64,000 nt of DNA, taken from positions 4,000,001 to 4,064,000 of the forward strand of contig OZ242260.1 of assembly GCA_965207065.1 (NCBI GenBank). Reading direction: 5' to 3'. Positions 29,813 through 40,490 of this stretch are shown one piece after another (position 1 is the first letter of the stretch; each line of letters begins with the position of its first letter). The position numbers were made by a program, and so were the translations under genes. A model generated the notes under the pieces. It was not told the origin of the DNA, did no database searches, and saw only the letters and a program-made list of their open reading frames with translations. This DNA is from a bacterium. Its GTDB lineage: Bacteria; UBA8248.

Positions 29813-30688
29813 CTACCTCCGCTCCCCCGTCACGAGCCACACGCCCGTCGCCGTCAGGCAGGCGCCGACCAGCAGATGCCAGCCCAGCTGCTCACCCAGA
29901 TAGAGGGCGCTGCCCATCACGCCGACGATGGGCGTCATGAAGAAGAACACCGATATCTTGGCGGGCGAATACCTGAGCAGCAGATGGCCCCAGTAGGCCA
30001 GGAGCAGCGCGCTCGCCAGTACGCCCATGTAGAACACCGCGAAAATCTGCGGACCGCCGATATGGCTGATACCGAAATTGGGCTGAGAGAATGACAAGAA
30101 GAAATAGGTCGGCGCGCCGATGAGCATGGACCATCTGGCGATCGAGGTGACGTCGGATTTGCCGAGATAGCGGCGGTAGTGGATCGTCTGCGTCGCCCAG
30201 CCGGCGGCGGCGATGAGGATGAAGAAATCGGCCTGCATGGAGCCGCCCGCGTCGAGGCTGTTCGAGAACACCGTGACGGTGCCCGCCATCGCCGTCGCGA
30301 AGCCCAGCGCCCGCACGAGGGTGATGCGCTCGCCCGTGAGAAAAAGCGCGCTCAGCAGCATCACCCAGACGGGCTGCGTGTAGAGCAGCACCGAGGCGCG
30401 CGCGGCGGCGGTTCCGAACATCCCCTGGTAGAGGAACCAGACGTAGGCGTTGTGCATGAGCGCATTCAGGATGCGGTGGCCCTTCTCCTTCCAGGGGTCG
30501 TGGTAGGTCACGCTCTCGGGGATGCGCATCACCAACCTGTAGAGCGTGAGGGTCAGCACCCCCGCGCAGCAGCGCATCCATACGATGGCGTAGGGGGTGA
30601 GACCTGAGTAGGCACCCTTGATGACGGGCTGCGCCATCCCCCACACCGTCGTGAGGAGGAGCGAGCCCAGCACCAGTTCGAGCGTCAT
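29813..30688 (-). CDS. EamA/DMT family transporter
   Basis: WG, LLYTQP, LTGER, MTPIVG, LGE; ~10 TM. Confidence 0.88.
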   Translation of the reverse strand: MTLELVLGSLLLTTVWGMAQPVIKGAYSGLTPYAIVWMRCCAGVLTLTLYRLVMRIPESVTYHDPWKEKGHRILNALMHNAYVWFLYQGMFGTAAARASVLLYTQPVWVMLLSALFLTGERITLVRALGFATAMAGTVTVFSNSLDAGGSMQADFFILIAAAGWATQTIHYRRYLGKSDVTSIARWSMLIGAPTYFFLSFSQPNFGISHIGGPQIFAVFYMGVLASALLLAYWGHLLLRYSPAKISVFFFMTPIVGVMGSALYLGEQLGWHLLVGACLTATGVWLVTGERR

Positions 30689-30729
30689 TCCCAAATCGGC
30701 GGATGGTTTCGGTGAGGCCGGGTGTCTGT

Positions 30730-31140
30730 TCAATCGTTCTCCCCGGAGACGCGGGGCCGCTCGCATATCTCGACCCGGATGTTCTCGGGTCCCTTGATGA
30801 AGGCGATCATCCGCCCGCCCACGCCCGCGGCCACGGGGGCCATGTCAACCTCCGCACCGCGCTCTACCAAGCGAGCGACGCTCGCCGCCACGTCGTCCAC
30901 CGCGACACCTAAGTGATCCAGGCCGTGCGTGAGCTCGGGCGCGACGGCGTCCGGCTCGTCGCCGGGGCGGTAGCCCCGGATGCGCAGGTCTCCCTCGCCC
31001 AGCTTGTAGATGGCGTAGGGCGCGCCCTTGAAGTCCTCCTCGTAGGAGATGCACTCGAGGTCGAAGACATTCTCGAAGAAATCCGCCATGGCGCGGACGT
31101 CGCGCGTCAGGAAATGGACGTGGTCGTACCTGAATTCCAC
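30730..31140 (-). CDS. VOC/glyoxalase family protein
   Basis: YDHVH, GLDHLGVAVDD, AFIKGPENIRVE. Confidence 0.88.
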   Translation of the reverse strand: MEFRYDHVHFLTRDVRAMADFFENVFDLECISYEEDFKGAPYAIYKLGEGDLRIRGYRPGDEPDAVAPELTHGLDHLGVAVDDVAASVARLVERGAEVDMAPVAAGVGGRMIAFIKGPENIRVEICERPRVSGEND

Positions 31141-31239
31141 AATAAACTCCTTTCGTGATTGTTCATCTTCACATGCTCATATTACGCTGAACCGAGAATC
31201 CCACAGGAAGCGCGGTTTGCACAAACGATTTTCATCTTG

Positions 31240-31486
31240 AGGGGCTGTTGAATAATCCCCATTGACGGGAAAATTCCTTGGGAGCAACCCCCTGGCCGCC
31301 TTGTCATGGGATAAAGGCAACGCCCCCTACCCCCCCTTGTCAGGGGGGTAAGAAAAAACAAAAGCCCTCCTGCCCGGTGGGCGGGCGTCGCCTTTTTATA
31401 CCCCCCTGACAAGGGGGGGTAGGGGGGGTTGATTCTGACGAGGGAGAGAGGTTTAGCTCACGCTGTAAGACCTTTTTCAACAACTC
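31240..31486. mobile_element. MITE-like element carrying a long C/G-run palindrome
   Basis: aggggctgttgaataa...tttttcaacaactc; internal cccctaccccccttgtcagggggg / cccccctgacaagggggggtagggggg inverted pair. Confidence 0.6.
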
Positions 31487-31506
31487 ACCTTGAAGAAAGG
31501 ATACTC

Positions 31507-32418
31507 ATGCCGAAAACAAAAATCATTGGCGAGGAGCACCGGGCGCATCGTGACGGAGCCGACCTGTTCTTGTGGAGAAAGCGAAAAGAGGGCCTCGAAA
31601 AACCGGGGGGCGCGGTGCTCCTCGTGCACGGCTCGTCCATGGCCTCCACGCCCACGTTCGACCTCCAGGTGAAATCGCGGCCCGGATACTCCCTGATGGA
31701 TTATCTCGCCGAGCGCGGCTACGACGTCTGGTGCGTGGACTGCGAGGGTTACGGGAGGTCCACCAAGTCGAGGCGGGTCTCCTGCGGGATCGAGCGCGGG
31801 GCGGGGGACGTTCTCGCGGCGGCGAACGTGATCCGGCGAGTCAGCAGGAAGAACGCGCTTCACCTCTACGGCATCTCGTCCGGCGCGCTGCGGGCCGCTT
31901 TGTTCGCGCAGAAAAACCCCCGGCGCGTGAAGCGGCTGATTCTCGACGCCTTCGTATGGACGGGCGAAGGGAGCCCGACCCTCGCGGAGAGAAGCAAGCG
32001 GTTCCGTGGCGTGGCCTCCACGTCGAGAAGGCCCGTGAACGCTGAGTTCATCAAGACCATCTTCACGCGCGATCATCCCGGCACGGCCTACCGCGACGTC
32101 ATCAGTGAATACGCAGAGGCCATCTGCGCGCTGGACGACACGATCCCCAACGGGACGTATATCGACATGTGCGAGCGCCTGCCGCTGGTGAACCCCAAAA
32201 AAATCACCGCCTCGGTGATGATAACGCGCGGGCAGTTCGACGGAATCGCCCATCTCGACGACCTGGTGGAATTCTTCAAGCTGCTGCCGAACCCGGACAA
32301 GCAGTTCGTCATGATGCCGGGGATCGCCCACGCGAGCCTGCAGGAGAAGAACCACGACATCGTCTACTACCTGATCGAGCGCTTCTTCAGCCAGCCCGCG
32401 CCCGTTTTCAAGGGTTGA
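31507..32418 (+). CDS. Alpha/beta fold hydrolase
   Basis: LVHGSS, GYDVW..DCEGYGRS, GISSG, RGQFD, GIAH. Confidence 0.88.
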   Translation: MPKTKIIGEEHRAHRDGADLFLWRKRKEGLEKPGGAVLLVHGSSMASTPTFDLQVKSRPGYSLMDYLAERGYDVWCVDCEGYGRSTKSRRVSCGIERGAGDVLAAANVIRRVSRKNALHLYGISSGALRAALFAQKNPRRVKRLILDAFVWTGEGSPTLAERSKRFRGVASTSRRPVNAEFIKTIFTRDHPGTAYRDVISEYAEAICALDDTIPNGTYIDMCERLPLVNPKKITASVMITRGQFDGIAHLDDLVEFFKLLPNPDKQFVMMPGIAHASLQEKNHDIVYYLIERFFSQPAPVFKG

Positions 32419-32588
32419 AGACGCCCGGCGGCGGAAATGGCGGGGATTCGCCCCACTCCGCCCTCGCTTGATTCGCGCGGGGCAATGGGGCTAGATTAGG
32501 GCCATCTATTCGTACAGACGGCAGGGGCGAGAACGTCCCTTATCGAAAAGCGAATGAATTCTTATCCCTCAAGCAGAAAGGCGCTTCC

Positions 32589-33410
32589 ATGGAAACCCAG
32601 GACTGGTATTCCGTCAACAATTTCGCTCCGGGCAGCTATCAAATCACCGAGGGCGGCAGGTTCAACATGCTCCTCCTGGTGGGAGACGAGAAGGCGGTCG
32701 CCATCGACGGCGGCATCGGCATCGCGAATTTGAGGAAACTCTACGAGAGCATCACGGACAAGCCCATCGACTTCGTCCTCACCCACACGCACTGGGACCA
32801 CGTGGGCGCGGCATCGCAGTGGGACAGCGTGGGCGTGCACCCCGCCGGCAAGGACCTCCTCGCCAACGATTTGTCGAAACTCGAACAAGGCTTCCTGAAC
32901 ATGTGGAAGAACAACGGGAACACCTTCCCCGACTGGTTCGACGAGGACGCCTACGGCATCAAACCCGCCACGTTCGGCTGGACGCTCTCAGAGGGCGACA
33001 CCTTCGACCTGGGCAACAGGAAGTTCCACGTCTACGAGACGCCCGGCCACTCGCCGTGCAGCATCTCGCTCTATGACGAGCGCGAGAAGATTCTCGTCTC
33101 GGGCGACCTGATCCGCTGTGAGGAATACCTCTTCCTGCAGGTGCCCACGGCGGTGCTCTCCGACTACGCGCCCTCGCTGCGCAAGCTCGAGAAAGTCGCC
33201 GCGGAGAACGAGGTGCGCTGGATCACCTCGGGCCACACCGACCCCTACCCGGACCCCTCCATCATCGGCGAGATGGCGCAGAACATGGAGGACCTCGAAG
33301 CGGGCAAGTGCGACCCGCCCGCCAAGGTGGACGGCGGCGCATGGGGCGAAGTGGACGAGTACGTCTTCCCCCGCGTGAAGGTATGGATTCAGGACCACGC
33401 GAGAAAGTAA
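32589..33410 (+). CDS. Metallo-beta-lactamase fold hydrolase
   Basis: THTHWDHVG, TPGHSP, SGD, SGH. Confidence 0.9.
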   Translation: METQDWYSVNNFAPGSYQITEGGRFNMLLLVGDEKAVAIDGGIGIANLRKLYESITDKPIDFVLTHTHWDHVGAASQWDSVGVHPAGKDLLANDLSKLEQGFLNMWKNNGNTFPDWFDEDAYGIKPATFGWTLSEGDTFDLGNRKFHVYETPGHSPCSISLYDEREKILVSGDLIRCEEYLFLQVPTAVLSDYAPSLRKLEKVAAENEVRWITSGHTDPYPDPSIIGEMAQNMEDLEAGKCDPPAKVDGGAWGEVDEYVFPRVKVWIQDHARK

Positions 33411-33430
33411 TCCTTAAGACAAGAGACGCC

Positions 33431-34246
33431 ATGGACACGCAAGGCTGGTATGAGGTCATCGAGTTCGCGCCGGGCGCCTATCAGATATCAGAGGCCGGGC
33501 GGTGGAACATGTTCCTCCTCGTGGGCGAGGAGAAGGCCCTCTCGCTCGACGGCGGAATCGGCGTGGGCAGCGTACGCAGGCTATGCGAGTCGATTACCGA
33601 CCTGCCGGTCGAGCACGTCCTGACCCACACGCACTGGGACCATGTGGGCGCAATCCATGAGTGGGAGGCGGTGGGCGTCCACCCGAACGGAAAAGATAAG
33701 CTCGCGAACGACTACAGCGCAGGCTGCAAGGATTTCGTGAATACCTGGGACGGAATACCCTTCCCCGAAGGGTTCGAGCCCGAGACCTTCACCATCCCGC
33801 CCGGCAAGTTCGGCCGGGCGGTGCAGGAAGGCGACGTCATCGACCTCGGCGGCAGAAAGATTCACGTATACGATACGCCGGGTCACTCGCCGTGCAGCAT
33901 CTCGCTCTATGACGAGAAAGAGCGCGTGCTCATCTCGGGCGATCTGGTGAAGCCCGGTCAGCCGCTCTTCATCCAGGTGCCGACGGCCGTCCTGTCCCAA
34001 TACGGGCCTTCGATGCGCAGACTCCAGCGAATCGCGGAAGATAACGACGCCAGATTCGTCTGCTCGGGCCATACCGACCCGTGCGAGGATATCGCCGTCA
34101 TCGGACGTATGGCGCAGTTCGTGGAGGAAGTAGCCGCCGGCGAGCACGAGCCGCCCGCCAAGGTGGAAGCCGGAAAATGGGGCGTCGTGGACGAGTACGT
34201 CTCCGGCGACATGAAGATATGGACGAACGACAACGCAAGAAAATAG
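33431..34246 (+). CDS. Metallo-beta-lactamase fold hydrolase (tandem paralogue)
   Basis: THTHWDHVG, TPGHSPCSISLYDE shared with neighbour. Confidence 0.9.
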   Translation: MDTQGWYEVIEFAPGAYQISEAGRWNMFLLVGEEKALSLDGGIGVGSVRRLCESITDLPVEHVLTHTHWDHVGAIHEWEAVGVHPNGKDKLANDYSAGCKDFVNTWDGIPFPEGFEPETFTIPPGKFGRAVQEGDVIDLGGRKIHVYDTPGHSPCSISLYDEKERVLISGDLVKPGQPLFIQVPTAVLSQYGPSMRRLQRIAEDNDARFVCSGHTDPCEDIAVIGRMAQFVEEVAAGEHEPPAKVEAGKWGVVDEYVSGDMKIWTNDNARK

Positions 34247-34262
34247 CGGAGGATCAACCCAA

Positions 34263-36209
34263 GTGAACGCCTCGGACATCATTTGGCGGCCGGATGAGGA
34301 TTTTCTGACGAACAGCCACGTCGCCAAGCTGATGAAAAAGCTCGGCATGACGGATTACCGCGACTTCCTCAGGTGGTCGGTCGAGGACATCCGGCGCTTC
34401 TGGGAGGTCGTGCTGGAAGACATGGGGCTTGACTGGTACAGGCCTTACGACGAGTTGCTGGACCTGAGCGGCGGCTTCCCGTGGGCGAAGTGGTTCATCG
34501 GCGGGGAGACGAACCTCGTCCTGAACTGCATCGACCGCCACGTGGAAGGCGGCCGCAAGGACCAGACTGCGCTAGTCTGGGAGAGCGACGGTGGAGAAAC
34601 CCGCACGTTCACCTACGCCGAACTCTCTGCGGAAGTATCGCGCCTCGCGAACGCCATGCGCGAGATGGGCCTGAAACCAGGCGACGTGGCGGGCGTGTTC
34701 CTCCCCATGGTGCCGGAAGCCGCCATCGTCATGTACGCGTGCTTCAAGACGGGGGTGGCCGTGCTGCCCGTCTTCTCGGGCTTCGGCCCCGAGGGTCTGG
34801 CCGAGCGCCTCATTCACGCGGAGGCGCGCATCCTCTTCACGGTGGACGGCGCCGTACGCCGGGGCAAGAAGGTGCCGCTCAAGGGCACGGTGGACGCAGC
34901 GCTGGAGCGCGGCACGAAGGTGGAAAAAGTGGTCGTGCTCGAACGCTCGGGCGACGCCGTTCCCATGCAGGAGGGGCGCGACGTCACCTGGGACGATTTC
35001 GTCGATGGACAATCGACGGAAGCCGAGACCGAGCGCCTGCCCGCCGACGCCGTCTCGATGATCATGTATACCTCTGGCACGACCGGCAAGCCCAAGGGCA
35101 CCGTCTACACCCACGCAGGGCTGATGAGCGGGCCGGGGCGCGAGCTCAAGTATTGCCTCGACATGCGCGACGGCGACACGGTCTTCTGGGTGACGGATTT
35201 CGGCTGGGTGATGGCGCCCTACGAGCTGGTGGGCTCTCACTTCAGCGGCCACTCGTGCCTGCTCTACGAGAGCGTGCCGAACCACCCCACGCCGGACCGC
35301 CTGTGGCAGATAATCGCGAGACACGGTGTCACCCACCTGGGGCTTTCTCCCACGGCGGTGCGCGTGCTGATAAGCGCGGGCGATGAGTGGGTGGAAAAAC
35401 ACGACCTCTCCTCACTGCGCGTGCTGGGCTCGACGGGCGAACCATGGGACCCGGAATCCTACATGTGGTATTTCGAAAAAGTGGGCGGCGGGCGCTGCCC
35501 CATCATGAACATATCGGGCGGCACCGAGATCGGCGCATGTCTCTTGCAGCCACTGCCCGTCATGGACCTCTCCCCCTGCACGCTGGGCGCACCCGCCATG
35601 GGCACGGACGCCGACGTGTTCGGCGAAGACGCTAGGCCGATTCGCGGCGAGGTGGGCCACCTGGTGCTCAAACAGCCCATTCCCTCGCTCACCAACGGTT
35701 TCTGGAAGGAGCCGGACCGTTACCTGGAGACCTACTTCTCCCGCTGGGAGGGCATCTGGTACCACGGCGACTGGGCCAAGGTGGACGAGCAGGGACTCTG
35801 GTATCTCTACGGGCGGTCTGACGACACCATCAAGGTCTCGGGCAAGCGCGTGGGGCCGAACGAGATCGAATCCGAACTCATCAAGCACCCCGGCGTCATC
35901 GAGGCCGCCGTGGTGGGAACGCCCCACCCGGTGAAGGGAGAGGGTCTGACGTGTTTCGTCGTCATGCACGACACCTATCAGCCGAGCGACGCGCTGCGCG
36001 AGGAGCTGAAAGATCAGGCGGTGGAATATCTCGGAAAGAGCCTGCGGCCCGATGAGGTGCGTTTCGTCAAGGCCCTGCCCAAGACGCGCTCCGCCAAAAT
36101 CGTGCGGGGCGCCATCAAGAAGGTCTACCTGGGTGAACAGGTGGATCACATGGACCTGAACTCGCTCGAAAACCCCGCACACCTGGACGCCATCAAGGAA
36201 GCTGTGTAG
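34263..36209 (+). CDS. AMP-forming acyl-CoA synthetase (acetate-CoA ligase-like)
   Basis: YTSGTTGKPKG, STGEPW, SGGTE, GRSDD, PKTRSAK. Confidence 0.92.
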   Translation: MNASDIIWRPDEDFLTNSHVAKLMKKLGMTDYRDFLRWSVEDIRRFWEVVLEDMGLDWYRPYDELLDLSGGFPWAKWFIGGETNLVLNCIDRHVEGGRKDQTALVWESDGGETRTFTYAELSAEVSRLANAMREMGLKPGDVAGVFLPMVPEAAIVMYACFKTGVAVLPVFSGFGPEGLAERLIHAEARILFTVDGAVRRGKKVPLKGTVDAALERGTKVEKVVVLERSGDAVPMQEGRDVTWDDFVDGQSTEAETERLPADAVSMIMYTSGTTGKPKGTVYTHAGLMSGPGRELKYCLDMRDGDTVFWVTDFGWVMAPYELVGSHFSGHSCLLYESVPNHPTPDRLWQIIARHGVTHLGLSPTAVRVLISAGDEWVEKHDLSSLRVLGSTGEPWDPESYMWYFEKVGGGRCPIMNISGGTEIGACLLQPLPVMDLSPCTLGAPAMGTDADVFGEDARPIRGEVGHLVLKQPIPSLTNGFWKEPDRYLETYFSRWEGIWYHGDWAKVDEQGLWYLYGRSDDTIKVSGKRVGPNEIESELIKHPGVIEAAVVGTPHPVKGEGLTCFVVMHDTYQPSDALREELKDQAVEYLGKSLRPDEVRFVKALPKTRSAKIVRGAIKKVYLGEQVDHMDLNSLENPAHLDAIKEAV

Positions 36210-36211
36210 CC

Positions 36212-38155
36212 ATGCCCGAAGAAATCATCTGGCGGCCGAACGAGGATTTTCTCGAGAACTCGAACGTCGCCCGCTTCATGAAGAAACAGGGGCTGGCGAG
36301 TTACGAGGCGTTGATTGATTTCTTCCGGGAAGACGTCGGCCGCTTCTGGTCGGCCATCGAGAAGGACATGGGCGTCTCCTGGTACAGGCCGTATGACGAG
36401 ATAATGGACCCATCGGGCGGCCTGCCCTGGACGAAGTGGTTCCTGGGCGGGGAACTCAACATCGTCCACAACTGCATCGACAGGCATCTTATAACGCTCA
36501 AGCGCGACAAGACGGCCCTCATCTGGGAAGGTGACGGCGGCGATGTGCGCCGCTACACCTACGCCGAGATGAACGCCCGCGTCTGCCGGCTGGCGAACGC
36601 CATGCGCGGGATGGGGATGCGCCCCGGCGACAGCGCCGGCATTTTCATGCCCATGCTCCCCGAGACGGTGTTCGCCATGTTCGCGTGCCTGAAAGTCGGA
36701 GTGGTCGCGATTCCCATCTTCTCGGGCTTCGGCCCCGAAGCCGTCGCCGAGCGACTGGAGCACGCAGAAGCCAGGCTCGTCTTCACGTCTAACGGCGGGA
36801 TGCGCCGGGGCAAGGAAATCGGCGTGAAAGACCTGATGGACAAGGCCCTGAGCTTAGGCACACAAGTCGAGAAGGTAGTGGTCTTCAAGAGAACCGATAC
36901 GGACGTCCCCATGCAGGCCGGACGGGACGTTTACTGGGACGATTTCATCGACGGACAATCCGAAGAAGCCGAAACCGAGCGCCTGCCCGCCGAGGCCCAC
37001 TCCCTCATCATCTATACTTCGGGCACAACGGGAAAGCCGAAGGGCACGGTGCACACCCACGCGGGGTGCATGCTGAACGTGTCCAAGGAGATCCGCTACT
37101 GCATGGACCTGCGCGATGAGGACACATTGTTCTGGGTGACGGACATCGGCTGGATGATGGGTCCGTGGAAGATGATAGGCGTTCAGTTCGGGGGCGGCAC
37201 CTATCTGATTTACGAGGGCGCACCCAACTGGCCCGAACCAGACAGGCTCTGGAAGATGCTGAGCGACCACGGGGTCACCATCTTCGGCGTCTCGCCCACC
37301 GCAGTGCGGCTCCTCATCAGCATGGGCGATGAATGGGTGGAAAAACACGACCTCTCGAAGTTGCGCGTGCTGGCCTCGACCGGCGAGCCATGGGACCCGG
37401 AATCCTACATGTGGTATTTCGAAAAAGTGGGCGGCGGGCGGTGCCCCGTCATGAACATATCGGGCGGCACCGAACTTTGCGGCTGCATACTCCAGCCCTA
37501 CCCCATCGTCCCGCTCACGCCGTGCTCGCTCGGCGGCCCGGCCCTGGGTTCTGACGCAGACGTGTTCAACGAGGAGGGCGAACCCGTGCGCGGGGAAATC
37601 GGCCATCTCGTGCTCAAACAGGCCGTCCCCTCGATGACCAAGGGATTCCTCAAAGACGATGCGCGCTTCCTCGAGACGTATTTCTCGCGCTGGCCGGACG
37701 TCTGGTACCACGGCGACTGGGCGCGCCTGGATGCGGACGGGCAGTGGTATCTCTTCGGGCGGTCCGACGACACCATCAACATCGCTGGTAAGCGCGTGGG
37801 ACCCGCCGAGGTGGAGTCCGCCCTCATCCGGCATCCCGCCGTGGTGGAAGCCGCCGTCATCGGCGCGCCGCACCCCATCAAGGGCGAGGGGCTATGCTGT
37901 TTCGTGGTGCTGGCCGCGGATCAAGAGCCTGCCGACGCGCTGCGCGAGGAACTGAAAGAAGAGACCGTCAAATATCTGGGAAAGAGTCTCAGGCCCGATG
38001 AGGTGAAGTTCGTCGAGGCGCTGCCCAAGACGCGCTCGGCCAAAATCGTGCGCGCCGCCATCAAGAAGGTCTATATGGGCGAGGACCCCGCGAGCATCGA
38101 CACCTCATCCATCGAGGTACCGGAGTTTTTACGCGCCATCAAAGAGGCGCGATGA
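36212..38155 (+). CDS. AMP-forming acyl-CoA synthetase (tandem paralogue)
   Basis: Same ANL motifs; colinear with upstream gene. Confidence 0.92.
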   Translation: MPEEIIWRPNEDFLENSNVARFMKKQGLASYEALIDFFREDVGRFWSAIEKDMGVSWYRPYDEIMDPSGGLPWTKWFLGGELNIVHNCIDRHLITLKRDKTALIWEGDGGDVRRYTYAEMNARVCRLANAMRGMGMRPGDSAGIFMPMLPETVFAMFACLKVGVVAIPIFSGFGPEAVAERLEHAEARLVFTSNGGMRRGKEIGVKDLMDKALSLGTQVEKVVVFKRTDTDVPMQAGRDVYWDDFIDGQSEEAETERLPAEAHSLIIYTSGTTGKPKGTVHTHAGCMLNVSKEIRYCMDLRDEDTLFWVTDIGWMMGPWKMIGVQFGGGTYLIYEGAPNWPEPDRLWKMLSDHGVTIFGVSPTAVRLLISMGDEWVEKHDLSKLRVLASTGEPWDPESYMWYFEKVGGGRCPVMNISGGTELCGCILQPYPIVPLTPCSLGGPALGSDADVFNEEGEPVRGEIGHLVLKQAVPSMTKGFLKDDARFLETYFSRWPDVWYHGDWARLDADGQWYLFGRSDDTINIAGKRVGPAEVESALIRHPAVVEAAVIGAPHPIKGEGLCCFVVLAADQEPADALREELKEETVKYLGKSLRPDEVKFVEALPKTRSAKIVRAAIKKVYMGEDPASIDTSSIEVPEFLRAIKEAR

Positions 38156-38156
38156 G

Positions 38157-38414
38157 GTGTCGCTCCTGAACTGCCCCGAATGCGGGGGGCTCCTGAGCAC
38201 AGAAGCCGAATCGTGTCCCCACTGCGGCTATCCGCTCAGAAAGGGCGGCATCGCGGGCGTCTTCAAAGCCATCGCGCAGATCCCGTGTTTCGTCGCGGGC
38301 CTGATCCTCATCTTTATTTTCCTTTTCTTCGGCCTGATTCTCCTGGACGTCTACTACTTCCACGGACTGCTCTTCAAGTTGTTCGGGGTCGAGACCCACG
38401 TCACCACTTTCTAG
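38157..38414 (+). CDS. Small zinc-ribbon membrane protein
   Basis: CPECG...CPHCG plus C-terminal TM helix. Confidence 0.75.
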   Translation: MSLLNCPECGGLLSTEAESCPHCGYPLRKGGIAGVFKAIAQIPCFVAGLILIFIFLFFGLILLDVYYFHGLLFKLFGVETHVTTF

Positions 38415-38426
38415 GCGCAGGCGCGC

Positions 38427-38544
38427 GGGATTGTTGGAAAAACCCGCAGAAGGAGCGCACTAGATTTCACTCCCCCTTGAGGGGGAGTGAAATGCAAAGG
38501 CGTTCGCGCTACCCAAATTCACTTGCCGAGACTTTTCAACAACC
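38427..38544. mobile_element. Short MITE-like element
   Basis: gggattgttggaaaaa...acttttcaacaacc; internal palindrome ttcactcccccttgagggggagtgaa. Confidence 0.55.
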
Positions 38545-38571
38545 ACTCGCACCTGCTCCGGCCATTCTCCG

Positions 38572-39870
38572 TCAGTTCATGATCATGCGCGGGAGCCAGA
38601 GCACGAGTTCGGGAAAGATGATCGTCAGGGCGACGACGATGAGCGACAGCAGAATATAGGGAATCGCCAGGACGGCCAGCCGCTCGAATGGCAGTTCCGT
38701 GACCGGGATGAGCGCGTAGAGCACCATGCCGACGGGCGGCGTGAGCAGGCCGATCGTGAGGGCGACCGTCATCACCACCCCGAAATGGATGGGATCGATG
38801 CCGAATTTCTCCGCCGTGGGCAGCAGTATCGGCGTCAGGATCAGGATGGCGGGGGTCTCCGCCATGAAGCAGCCGACGATCATCCACAGTATTGTGAACA
38901 GGAAGAGCAGGTACGTCGGGTCGGTGGTGATCTGCGTGATCAGCGCGGCCAGGGCGTCTGGCACCTGCCCGCGGATCATCACCACGCCGAACGCCGAGGT
39001 GAAGGCGATGACCAGCATGATGACGGCCGTGTCGATCATCGTCCCCTTGATCTCGCGCATCAGGTGACGCCAGCCGTATTCCCGGTAGAAGAGAAGCCCC
39101 AGCACCATCGCGTAGAACGCCGCGACGGCGGCCGCCTCGGTCGGGGTGAAGATGCCCCCGTAAATGCCGCCGATGATGATGACGGGCGTCATGAGCGGCA
39201 AAAAGGCGTTCCGGAACGAGACGAGAAGCTCGCGGATTCCCGCCATGGAGCCTGACGGGTAATTACCCCGGCGGGCGCGGTAGCTCACGTAGATGATGAA
39301 GCAGATCGCCATCAGCGTGCCGGGGATGACGCCGCCCAGGAACAACGAGCCGATGGATTCTTCCGCGATGACCCCGTAGGCCACGAGCGGGATGCTCGGG
39401 GGGATGATGGGGCCGATCAATGAGGATGCCGCTGTAATGCCTGCACTGAAATCCCTGTCGTAGCCCTCCTGCAGCATGGCGCGCATCTCGACCGTGCCGA
39501 GTCCCACGGCGTCGGCCGTCGCCGCGCCCGACATGCCCGCGAAGATCATGCTCGCGAGGACGTTCGCGTGACCCAGCCCCCCCTTCAGGGGACGCGACAC
39601 CACGCTCACGAAGCCGAAGAGCCGCTCCGTGATGCCGCCCACGTTCATGAGCCTGCCGGTCAGGAGGAAGAACGGGATGGCCAGCAGGAGGAAGTTGTTG
39701 ATCTTGGCGAACGCCAGCCGGGCGATCATCGACGAAGTGCGCGGGTCCAGGAAATCTCCGAAGAAATAGCCCGCCCCCACCATGGACACCGTGCCCGCAC
39801 CGAACCCCACCGGGAAGCCCAGCATGATCAGGATGACGAGTGCGAATGCCAGAAAGGCGTAGGCGGCCAT
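38572..39870 (-). CDS. dctM: TRAP transporter large permease
   Basis: LLAIPFF, GMSGAATAD, IIPPSI, FTPTEA, GLLTPPVG. Confidence 0.93.
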   Translation of the reverse strand: MAAYAFLAFALVILIMLGFPVGFGAGTVSMVGAGYFFGDFLDPRTSSMIARLAFAKINNFLLLAIPFFLLTGRLMNVGGITERLFGFVSVVSRPLKGGLGHANVLASMIFAGMSGAATADAVGLGTVEMRAMLQEGYDRDFSAGITAASSLIGPIIPPSIPLVAYGVIAEESIGSLFLGGVIPGTLMAICFIIYVSYRARRGNYPSGSMAGIRELLVSFRNAFLPLMTPVIIIGGIYGGIFTPTEAAAVAAFYAMVLGLLFYREYGWRHLMREIKGTMIDTAVIMLVIAFTSAFGVVMIRGQVPDALAALITQITTDPTYLLFLFTILWMIVGCFMAETPAILILTPILLPTAEKFGIDPIHFGVVMTVALTIGLLTPPVGMVLYALIPVTELPFERLAVLAIPYILLSLIVVALTIIFPELVLWLPRMIMN

Positions 39871-39872
39871 CG

Positions 39873-40430
39873 TTATATGGTTCCCTTCGTGTCGTCAGAC
39901 CCCGAGAACAAGGCCCGTAAACTCTCTGCGAACCAATAGAGAACGTAAACTATGGTCAGCGCGACCGCGATGCACTCGATGAGGTAGAGATACCCGGTGC
40001 GCAGCCAGGAGATGGCGATCATGTAGGATTCCCAGGTGACGGAAACCATCGCCCAGGCGCCGCGCAGCAGAAAAATCAGGAAAACGAGGATGACGGCATG
40101 GAACAGCATTCCGACGAGCGCGCGGAGGCGGGGCGGGAGGCGGTTCAAGAGAAAATCGACGACGATGTGGCGTTTTTCCGCGACGCCGATGGCTATCCCC
40201 AGGAACACGCTCGTGATGAAGAGGATTCTCGCCAGCTCTTCGGTCCAGTCGACGGATATGGCGAGCTTGCGGAAGAGAATCTGCGCCCACGTCGAGAGGA
40301 GCATGCCGCAAAACCCGACGAGGGCGACGCCCGTGACGAGTCGAGTCACGTTTCGCAAAATTGCCCTGGGCGAGCGTGAAGTCACGAACCCGGAACCCTC
40401 CGCATGGATAGACTCAGGAGAAAACCTCAA
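39873..40430 (-). CDS. dctQ: TRAP transporter small permease (start uncertain)
   Basis: QILFR, WTEELAR, HIVVD; 4 TM. Confidence 0.88.
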   Translation of the reverse strand: MRFSPESIHAEGSGFVTSRSPRAILRNVTRLVTGVALVGFCGMLLSTWAQILFRKLAISVDWTEELARILFITSVFLGIAIGVAEKRHIVVDFLLNRLPPRLRALVGMLFHAVILVFLIFLLRGAWAMVSVTWESYMIAISWLRTGYLYLIECIAVALTIVYVLYWFAESLRALFSGSDDTKGTI

Positions 40431-40490
40431 GCCCCCCGGCGCCCCGCGAACCAGCTCACGAAGCGCCGGAGAGTTACTGGAGAATTGTCG

